Source: Octopus vulgaris (taxonomy: Eukaryota). From it: a stretch of 64,000 nt of DNA. The number at the start of each line of letters is the position of its first letter. Position 1 is the first letter of the stretch. The notes beneath the pieces are model-generated. The model ran no database searches, was not told the DNA's origin, and saw nothing but the letters and a program-made list of their open reading frames with translations. This document shows positions 54,170 to 64,000 of this stretch, one piece after another. The position numbers were made by a program, and so were the translations under genes. The stretch covers positions 29,388,001-29,452,000 of the forward strand of contig OX597820.1 of assembly GCA_951406725.2 (NCBI GenBank), given 5' to 3'.

Positions 54170-54740
54170 TTGAAATACTTCTTTTGTGACACTGCTGCTG
54201 ATGATGATGACGGTCTTGGTGATGATGATGATGATGATGACGATGATGTTGACAATGATTATTTTCCATTATATATTTTCTCTGGTTCTTTGATGTGTGA
54301 GGCAAGCAATACACATTTTTATTTTCTACCAACACCGACATCATCATTGTCAACAATGCTATCTTCATCATCATCATCATCATCACCATCTTTGCTATTG
54401 TCAACAACACCACCATCATCATTTTGAACTCTATCATCACCATTTACTTCTAATACCATCATCATTATTATCACTATCTTTTTTTATGAATGCTGCCATC
54501 ATTCTCAATAACACTAACATCATTTTCAACATCATCATCATCATCATTGTCAACAATACCGTCATCATTGTCAAGAACACTGTTGACATTATTTTCGTCA
54601 TGAACATAAATAACCATTATCATCACAGTCATAATCATTGTCAACAGCACTTGTCATTTTCATCACAATCATCAGTGTCCGCCTCCTCATCATCATTATT
54701 GTCAAAAATAGCACTGCCATCATTGTTAACAACATCCTAA
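54170..54740. repeat. Degenerate (GAT)/(CAT) low-complexity tract
   Basis: Direct observation; source of poly-D, poly-H and poly-M ORFs. Confidence 0.85.
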
Positions 54741-55200
54741 CCGGCTTCCGTGCCAGTGGCACATAAAGGCACCATTCGAGTGTGATCGTTACCAGCGTTG
54801 CCTTACTGGCACTTGTGCCCGTGCTAGTAGGGTGCCAAGAGCACCATCCGAGTGTGATCGTTGCCAGAGCAGCTTACTGGCTTCCGTGCCGGTGGCATGT
54901 AAAAGGCACCATTCGAGCGTGATCGTTACCAGCGTCGCCTTACTGGCACCTGTGCCAGTGGCATGTGTAAAAAGATTCAAGCGAGGTTGTTGCCAGATCA
55001 CCTGACTGTCCCCCGTGCCAGTGGCACGTAAAAAGCACCCACTACACTCTCGGAGTGGTTGGCATTAGGAAGAGCATCCAGCTGTAGAAACTCTGCCAGA
55101 TCAAGAATGGAGCCTGGTGCAGCCATCTGGTTCGCCAGCCCTCAATCAAAATCGTCCAACCCATGCTAGCATGGAAAGTGGACGTTAAATGATGATGATC
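54740..55200 (+). mobile_element. RTE-type 3' UTR with internal tandem units (family C)
   Basis: Repeated gcaccattcgagtgtgatcgttaccagc units, then the common tail. Confidence 0.8.
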
Positions 55201-55329
55201 ATCATTAATGATACCATCATCACCATCATTGTCAATAACACCAACAGTACCAATAGCATCATCATATTCACTATCAACAGTGCCATCATCACCATTTTCA
55301 ACTTCACATCATTATTATTGGACCTCATA

Positions 55330-56085
55330 AGGTGACAAGGTGGCAGAATCGTTAGCACACCAGGCAAAAGGCTTGGCGGTACTTCGCCCATCGCTACATT
55401 CTGAGTTCAAGTTCCACCAAGGTTGACTTTGCCTTTCATCCTTTCAGGGTCGATAAATTAAGTACCAGTTGCATATTGGGGTCAATCTAATTGACTGGTT
55501 CCTTTCCCCAAAATTTCTGGCCTTGTGCCTATAGTAAAAAGGATTATTATTGGTCATCATCATTGTTATTCTTTTGTTGGAACTTCTGGAGTCTAGTATG
55601 CATAGCAGGCTTACTATCTGCACCCTATGGTGCCAAACTATCTGTTCTTTTCAACATCTAATACTTTCCTGGTGGTTCTGACTCTGCTAAGGAGGCAAAC
55701 TTTTTGTAACCGTTCTACTGTGCACTTTATTCCCATTTCCTTTATATTCCTCTTGACGCCTTCTGATACTCTCCCCAAGGACCCAACAATAATTGGCACT
55801 GTCTTCCCCTTTGTTATCCACTGTCAAACTGTCTCATACATCATCATCATCATTATTATTATTGAAGCAGACAGCTAGCAGAATTGTTAGCATGCCAAGC
55901 AAAATGCTTAGCAATATTTCCTTCATCTTTATGTTCTGAGTTCAAATTCCACCAAGATTTAGTTTACATTTTCACCCTTTCAGGGTCTATAAAAATAAGT
56001 ACCAGTTGAGCACTAGGGTCAATGTAATTGACTTACCCTCTCCTGGAAGTTGCTGGCATTGTGCTATAATTTGAAACTGTTGTTA

Positions 56086-56125
<40 letters not shown>

Positions 56126-56490
56126 GAAGGCAGCAAACTGGCAGAATTGTCATCATGCCAGGCAGAATGTTTAGCCACATTTTGTCCATCTTTACATTGA
56201 GTTCAAATTCCGCCAACATTGACTTTACCTTTCATTCTTTCAGGGTTGATAAATTAAGTACCGGTGAAAAACTGGAGTCAATGTATTCGATTAGTCCCCC
56301 AAGCTGGCAAAGTTGTTAGCTTGCTGGACGAAATGCTTAACAGTATTTTGCTTCTTGAGTTCAAATTCCACTGAGGTCAACTTCGCCCTTCTTCCTTTCG
56401 GGTTCAATAAATTGCCAACGAAATTTTGGGTTTGATGTTATTGACTAGTCCTCTCCCCAAAACTTTCAGGCCTCGTGCCTATAGTAGAAA
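55330..56490 (+). mobile_element. Array of about four SINE B copies
   Basis: Meta-domain near 55430, 55970, 56230 and 56390. Confidence 0.75.
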
Positions 56491-59310
56491 AGATATTATT
56501 ATTATTATTATTATTATCATCATAGTGAAGATAATCAAGAGAGTACATAGTTAGACTGAATGTGTTGTAGTTTTTCTTCTAAAACAACAAGTTTCATGAC
56601 TTATGCATTAGTAATAGTCATGCACAAGGCCAGTAGATTTGAGTGGAGGGTGGGGTTATTCAGTATTATCAACCCCGAAAGGACAAAAGCAATGTTGGCT
56701 AGGTGGGATTTGAACTTGGGACAGGAAAGTTTAGAAAAATACTGCAAGGCATTTTTCTTCTGATGCTCTTAGAATTCTGTTAAATTATCATCCTTAACCA
56801 TTTGTGTTTTACATATGTTACACAGGACATATTTTCCTGGCAACTACACATTTTATATTTATGATACATTTCCAATTGTTTTCAACCATCAGAGTAACTC
56901 AGGACTTAGGAAAGGTAAGCTTTGAATTATTCATTTAGAAAATATGAAACAAGGACAAACTTATGAAGATAGCTTGGACAAGCAAAGTATTAAAACCCTT
57001 GGGAATACTGTGAGCAAGTTAAATAGTTAAAATAATCTAGTTATTGTGAGCATGTGTGAAAGTAATACAGTTAGTGTGAACAAGTGCAGCATTTATATGT
57101 AATCATGATCATTCATCATTGTTTTACTTCATTCCAGCATTCTATGCTGGCATGGGTTGGACTCATTGTCATAGTCAAAATCAAATCTTTGTGGGTGCCA
57201 TTGCTCTCCTAAGCAGTGCACATGCTTTATTTTGTCTTGGTTTCAATGACTAGATTTCCTTCTTATAACCAACAATTTTAACAGCTTGTACTGGGTGTGG
57301 TTTCCTGTGGCACCAACACCAGAGAGGTTGTTGTAATCCTAACCCAGACAAGACTAAAATTAACAGCATAGCTTGATGAGAGGTGGTCCATCTTGGACAA
57401 CACTTTTGTGGGGACTACAGTGTTGGGTCTGCTGTATAAGCGTGGGGTAGGGATGTAAACGCAAGGACTGCTCTGTGTAGCACATACACAAGCCAAACCA
57501 CTGACTAAAATGCCTTCTCAACCTATATTTCATTCACTCATTTGCCAACCATATTACAGTGTGTACTGAGTGCATGTTTATGTGGCACCAGCACTAGAGT
57601 GTTTGTCAAGTCCTCAGTGAAACAGGGATAACATGAACATTCATCTTTACTTTTCCTGTACTTACCCACAAATCTGTGTAGAGGATGCGTCAGAGGAGGG
57701 ATCCAGCACAGAAGTTAGTTGCCTTGTACACTGTATGTATAAAGAATACTCATTAGTATTCATTAAAACATGCATGTTTGCTCAAAGTATTATGATCAAT
57801 GATGGGAAGGATAGGAGAAAGTATGATGTCAGAAGAAATGTTCAAATGGATGAAGTCCATTCTGAGTAATAACTTCTTCCTTCTTTCCCACACCGCCTCA
57901 GAGTTTCTGAGGGTGGTGGAGTCAGGTGGGGAGTGTAGTCATGGATTCTACATTTCCTTCTCTATCTAAAAAAAGAAATAATAAATTGATATAATTATTT
58001 GAGCCATTGTGTGGAATTTTATTACAATCGTATCCAGGATAAGGTGGCAGGAATTTAATTTTTCCCTTCTCTTTAATGCTATAGAATCCTCAAATAAACT
58101 CTGGTTTTACAATGCCCCTGCTGTGGTTAGGCCGGATGACTTAATTCCATTATTATAGTCTTGTTTTGACAGTTCTGTGTGGTTAGTCTTTTCTCCTGCC
58201 TAAGTTATTAACTGACTATAATACTTGATAAACAGAAAAAGAAGAAGAAAAAATAACAGAAAGAGAAAATTGCAATTTTTATGTTAGATCAATGCAAATT
58301 GATAGTTATTAAATTATGTATTGATTCTTTGAAGAAATTGAAAACAAAACATAGTGGTATTTCTGTGTATTTATTTTCATTTTCTCAATGGAATTATTCA
58401 CACACACATACATGCATATTAGGAGAGAGAGGTATGTGTATGTATTATAGTCTAGGCATTAATAGATAAAATGGTTAGGGTTTTTGTATCTATGTAATGG
58501 TTATGGTTAGGTGACTTTCTGAGTTAGCAATCAGCTTTATAGATCCTCACATATTTTTTTTTTTAATTTCCAAAATGTAAGAGTAAGATATTTATTCATT
58601 TATTTATTTAGTAGTTATTCAAACACCACCATCCTCGTCACCGTCGTCATCTTCATCATCAAGGTCAGTGGTCCAGACACTGATTTCAGAAAGCCATTAC
58701 AATATCAACTTTTCGTACTTCCTGGTTCCAACTTTGTGTTTTTTGTTGTTGTTGTTTGTTTTGTTTGTTTTTTTTCTCTTTACTCTATAATGTTGATCTC
58801 AGTGATCTGTATCTCCTTTCCCTACATTGAATCACACTGGTATGATTCTTAGAGGATTGGAAACCGGGATGTTGTAATGATTTTGCTGCTCTAACAAATC
58901 AATACAATAAATTTGTTATTAGGTGCAGACATGGCTGTGCAGTTAAGAAGCAACTTTGCAACCACATGGTTTCAAATTCAAGCCCACTGCATGGCATTTT
59001 GGGAAAGTGTTTGGGAATGATCTGTGAGTGGATTTAGTAGATAGAAATTGTGTGGAATCACATCATGTATGTATGTGTGTGTTTGTTCTCCACCACCACT
59101 TGACAACTGGTGTCGGTTTATTTACATCCCTGTAATGACTGAAACAAGTAAAAGATAAAAGATATATATATAGTCTGATGATGACTAATGCATTGAAACT
59201 CTGAAGTCATTGTCAATCTTTTCCTGGGAGTGCTAAAAAAATATTAAGTGGATCCTCCAATTTATAGTGTAATATATAACTTTACATAAAAACAAACATT
59301 AATACATATG

Positions 59311-59697
59311 CACAAACGACCTGAACATTAGTTTCAAGGGTCATCCAAAGCTGGGACCAACGGGCTATACGTTCCCTGCCCAATTCACGATCACAGCATA
59401 TAAGTACACTGTGACATAATTTCTTTTCCCCTGCTCTGTTTAACATTGTCCCGAAAGAGATCAGACGAAAAGGATCCCATCACCTTTAAATGGAGTCTGG
59501 ACAGATTTCTTCAAGGAATACCGGATAAGCCACCCATACCTGGATACAACTCACTCAACAAGAACTCACTGATTGAATGGACCATAAACAAAACTTGACT
59601 TAAACAGGATTTAGATAATCCTATCAGGTGGTGCTATTAAGTTAGACATGGCCTGGACCAATCTTTGGTCGAAACATATCTAAGTTTATCTATGTTT
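59311..59697 (+). mobile_element. CR1-group LINE 3' end
   Basis: HPKLGP...ALFNIVPKEI...FKWSLDRFLQGIPDKPPIPGY; short tandem tail tatctaagtt/tatctatgtt. Confidence 0.8.
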
Positions 59698-60367
59698 ATA
59701 TATATATATATATATATATATCACCGTGATCAACCAGGCTATCAGATGTTGCTTGCTACACATCGCTGGTCACAATGCGCTTAGCATTGTATTAGCCTTC
59801 AAATGACACCATCCCACTGGCTAAGCGAGCAGGCCATATATATATATATATATATAACCCAGGAACCCTCCTACTTTCTTCCTTTAATATGGCTAGCTCT
59901 CCACATTTAATCATTCCACCATTGAGCTTTTCTGCATTATGATCTGAAGTGTAAAATCTTCTCTAGCTTGATGATAGAGACTCAGTTTATCCAATGTTGA
60001 TTGCTTCCATTATGGCCACATATTGTGATGAACTACGTCTACCAACATTATGATGGATCTTTGAGCACCCAGAAACATCTGTTGTAATGATAGCACCTTT
60101 CTGCCTTCCCTTTAATTTTGTCTGTCACTTGTAATCTGTGTAAGTTGGATTTATTAATATAAATATCTATATATTCATACTTAAATATTCATCATCTGAA
60201 AGTTTCCACCTTTTGCTTTTTCTCGTTTTGCATGTATACATATACACATATTTTGTATTTCATGCCCAAACTATTATATTTCATATATCTGATTTGTTTA
60301 TCCATGTAACTGCCTCTCTCTCTCTCTCTCTCTCCCTCCCTCTCTCTCTCCCTCCCTCTCTCTCTCC

Positions 60368-60405
<38 letters not shown>

Positions 60406-60426
60406 GCACACACACACACAAATACA

Positions 60427-60635
60427 TAGGGTGTTCCTAAATTATCTTTACAGCTCTATATTTTATTGTATTGTATCATCTAGATGTGTTGCATGCAACC
60501 AATGGAGCCTATATGAAGTTCTCTGATATTTCTAATAAAACTTTGCTTGCTTTGCCAATAAACTCTACTGAGTTATCCTTATTTTTCATTTTTTCTAAAT
60601 TGTTCAAATTGTAAAGGTAATTTATGGACACCCTG
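60427..60635. mobile_element. Tc1/mariner-type MITE
   Basis: TIRs agggtgttcctaaattatctttaca / tgtaaaggtaatttatggacaccctg|ta. Confidence 0.75.
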
Positions 60636-60885
60636 TATGTGTCGGAATATATGTACATATATATCTATATATAATATTATTTTTATGTGTGATGATGATG
60701 CTGATATATATATACACACACACATACATACACTTATACACATACATATATATAGATATATATACACATATTTATATATACATGTATATACACATTTATA
60801 TATACATATATATATATATACACATATTTATATATGCATATATCATCATCATCATCATGATATATACACATATATATACACACAC

Positions 60886-60925
<40 letters not shown>

Positions 60926-60945
60926 ACACACACACATACATATAT

Positions 60946-61128
60946 GTGGCACGTAAAAAGCACCCACTACACTCACGGAGTGGTTGGCGTTAGGAAGGGC
61001 ATCCAGCTGTAGAAACACTGCCAGATAAGACTGGAGCCTGGTGCAGCCTTCTGGCTTCCCAGATCCCCGGTCGAACCGTCCAACCCATGCTAGCATGGAG
61101 AACGGACGTTAAACGATGATGATGATGA
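60946..61128 (+). mobile_element. RTE-type 3' tail (family C)
   Basis: Little-diverged copy within a (TA/CA) tract. Confidence 0.85.
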
Positions 61129-61185
61129 TATATACACATACATATATATACGTATATATGCATACATATATATATACACACACAT

Positions 61186-61661
61186 ACATTTCCTGTGTCC
61201 TTATGTTAACAAGGAGGAGAGGAAGCATTGCTGCTTCTTAAGGCTAAATAGTAGTAGTATGATTCCCTTCATGGGACTGTCACATTAATTTGACAGTATA
61301 CAACTACTTTATCATATCACTACTGCATAAATCTCTCTGAGATATTTGGAAATGGATTATTTCTATTTTTGTAATCAGTGGATTTATTTCACTAGAATTC
61401 TTATATGTTTACAAGAGCTAGATAGTCATCTCCAACTAGCAGGCCATGTTACTCCAGACTGATGAGGAGCAAAGACTCAAACTAGTCTCTGGATGCAAGC
61501 TTAGCTGGGTAGAGGTGCTTATCTCCCCCTTGTAAACATAAGGACACGGGAAATGTGTCAAGGCCAAAAGGAAGCATTGCAGCTTCCTTGGGCTAAATAG
61601 CAGTAGTATGATTCCCTTCATGGGACTGTCAGATTAAATTGACAGTATACAACTACTTTAT
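61186..61661 (+). mobile_element. Retrozyme/Penelope-like non-autonomous element: 349-bp unit, partial tandem, inverted 5' piece
   Basis: Direct repeat 61220-61312 / 61569-61661; 61186-61220 is an inverted copy of 61522-61556; internal hammerhead motif. Confidence 0.7.
61453..61493 (+). ncRNA. Minimal type I hammerhead motif lacking the G of GAAA (probably inactive)
   Basis: Stem I tccaga/tctgga; CTGATGA 61459-61465; stem II gag-caaaga-ctc; AAA; palindromic CTAG; GUC 61485-61487. Confidence 0.6.
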
Positions 61662-61670
61662 ATACATATA

Positions 61671-62120
61671 AAGTGGTGTGCAAGAGAGACGTTTGTGCTG
61701 GTATTGTCATGTGGCGAGAATGGATGAAGATAGTTGTGTGAAAAAGAAGGAACCTGTGGAAGAGGTAGACCCAGGAAAACCTGGGACGAGGTGGTGAAGC
61801 ACGACCTTCGAACATTAGGTCTCACCGAGGAAATGACTAGTGACCGAGACCTTTGGAAGTATGCTGTGTGTGAGAAGACCCGGCAGGACAAGTGAGACCA
61901 AAACCCGTGACCTCTACCTGGGATGTAACCAGTCCACTTATGCATACCTTTCCTTCTTGGGACACAAAACTCTACTTGTGAAGACCTGTTGAGGCAAGTG
62001 AAAATCGAAATTGATTAACATCAATGGAAATTGTAGTTGTGATACCAGTGCCAGTGGCACGTAAGAGAACCATCCGAACGTGGCCATTGCCAGTGCCGCC
62101 CCGACTGGCCTCCGTGCTGA
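61671..62120 (+). mobile_element. RTE LINE ORF C-terminus plus 3' UTR
   Basis: VQERRLCWYCHVARMDEDSCVKK / GTCGRGRPRKTWDEVVKHDLRTLGLTEEMTSDRDLWKYAV...* with one frameshift. Confidence 0.9.
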
Positions 62121-63593
62121 AATGAGAAAAAAACCAACATTAAACAAGCAAATATACCAACACTTGTTTAATAAAAGAACAATGAAGAGAGTCATACTCT
62201 TGTAACAATTAACAACAAAGTAGGGGGTGCATAGATGAGGACAATAATAACCAAAATGCTGGAGGAATGATGGTCTTGGTGATGGCAGTGAGGATGGCGG
62301 CAGCAGCAATGGCAAAGAAAAAGGGTGAAAATTGATAATAGTAGTGAAGTTGCTGCTAAAAGTAAAAATTTCTGATGATGCCTGTAACATTGGAGATGAT
62401 GATCATGGTGATAATGAAGATGATGATCATGGTACAGACAACAATGACAAAACCACGTTAGCAATATATGTATCAAAATATTTCCAGTTATGCATCTTGT
62501 TAGCTAAACTTAATCAACTAGTTTAAATTTCTTCATTGTATTTTTTTTTTAACTAGCACAAGTCTGGCTTTCTCGCTAAATTATTACACTTCACACTTGT
62601 TAAGTAGCACCAGAAAAGACTGTACTTTTTTTTTTTTTTTATAGTATAAGTTTGTAGGAGTAATATACTCTATGTGGTCTGTGCTGTCTAGTTATTGGGT
62701 ATATTTGAAAATTTGATTTATAATTCTTTGGTGACTGGCTGTTTAAGCCTTCTGTAAAGCTTTGTCCACATGTGGTATAACAGATAAAGTAATTTATTCT
62801 CAGATTTGATTCAATCAAACAGCAATCAAACGCGAATACGCAGATGATATCAAACAAGTGGTGTGAAGATGGCTCAGTGGTTAGTGTATTGTTGCATAAA
62901 TGTTTAGATCAACTTGTTTAATTCTTTTTCTGAGCATATTTCTAGTGAAACAGCGTTGACCAATTAATTAATGTTGTTCCAATTAATTTAGAAAATAATA
63001 AAGATTTTGGGGAAGATTTAGTAAAATAACTAATTTCCTTTATTAATAAGTTGGTTTTTAGAATCATAAATTAACAAAAATGTTCTAACAATAAATTATG
63101 ATAGATTTTAATTAAAATGTGAGCATGGAAAGATTTATGTCTTTGAGCCAGAGATAGTTTCAGGTGAGTAGTTATCAAAATAGTTAATCTTTTCTATTAT
63201 TAAAAGTGTGTCATACCTTTTGGCTAGAATAGGGATTGATTCAAAAAGAGACAATGGAAGGCTTGATTTGAGGGGGCCTTTTGGAATAATCTTTGTTTCA
63301 TAGTTATGGAAGTTTTGCTGTTTTTGTATAGCCCCAGATCAATCTGACTGAACAATCTTTTATCAAGAAGCATCCTGGCTTTGTGTTTTTTTCTTTTTGT
63401 TCTGTTTTGTTTGTTTGTTTTTATGTGAAGTATTAGCTGATGTGCTTTTCTCCTTTTAGAAAATTGTAGAAGCTGTAAGTAGGAGTGAGATTTAGCTGCT
63501 ATTTCTAGCTAGTCTAGCAGCCATGTTAAAGTTCCCTTATTGGATGAAATTGCATTTGTGCTGAATCTCAACTAATTTCAACCACAAATGCCA

Positions 63594-63637
<44 letters not shown>

Positions 63638-63779
63638 TTGTCTTATACATGAAAAACAGAAGGGTTGGTGACGAGAAGAGCATCCATTTGTTAAAATCCT
63701 GTTTCAATAGCTCTTTCATTTACACTCCACCCTCCAGAAAAGACAGGTGTTAAATGAACAGATAAACATTATTGATATA

Positions 63780-63990
63780 CGAGGGGGTACTGAAAAGTTC
63801 CTGGCTTTGAATAAAAGAAAATACAGGAGGATCAGTTAATTATGATTCCTTTCAACATATTCCTTACTTAGATTCACACACTTAGGCAGTGGTCCTTCAG
63901 TTCTTTAAATCCTGTAAAAGAACTAAGAAGGTTGGGTGTCTAGTCATGCTTTTCGCAATACCCTTAAAGCCAGGAACTTTTCTGCACCAC
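63780..63990. mobile_element. mariner-type MITE, same family as 42747
   Basis: ta|cgagggggtactgaaaagttcctggcttt ... aaagccaggaacttttctgcacc. Confidence 0.8.
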
Positions 63991-64000
63991 CCCCACCCTG

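Overview
AT-rich, repeat-dense eukaryotic genomic DNA. The SINE/LINE repertoire and the abundant (TA)n/(TTA)n/(CAT)n microsatellites point to a coleoid cephalopod, most likely Octopus (inferred from recognition, no search run). Almost all of the window reads as intron of a + strand gene. One clean 57-nt phase 0-0 exon (8324-8380, GWASFALSASKFAAVASEK) resembles the ALPS1 region of ArfGAP1, and there are three weaker candidate exons. The rest is several tRNA-derived SINE families, RTE and CR1 LINE remnants, a decayed maT/DD37D-type mariner, mariner/hAT/piggyBac-type MITEs and non-autonomous Helitrons. Nearly all ORFs in the supplied track are microsatellite or repeat artefacts. The most interesting signal is a set of minimal type I hammerhead ribozyme motifs: 359-472, 5860-5947 and 61453-61493 on +, and a decayed one at 33019-33065 on -. 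Three of them sit in or beside Penelope-like or retrozyme-like architectures: a 2.4-kb foldback, a 349-bp partial tandem unit with an inverted 5' piece, and a tRNA-headed element carrying a hammerhead. All coordinates were read by eye; repeat boundaries are approximate.
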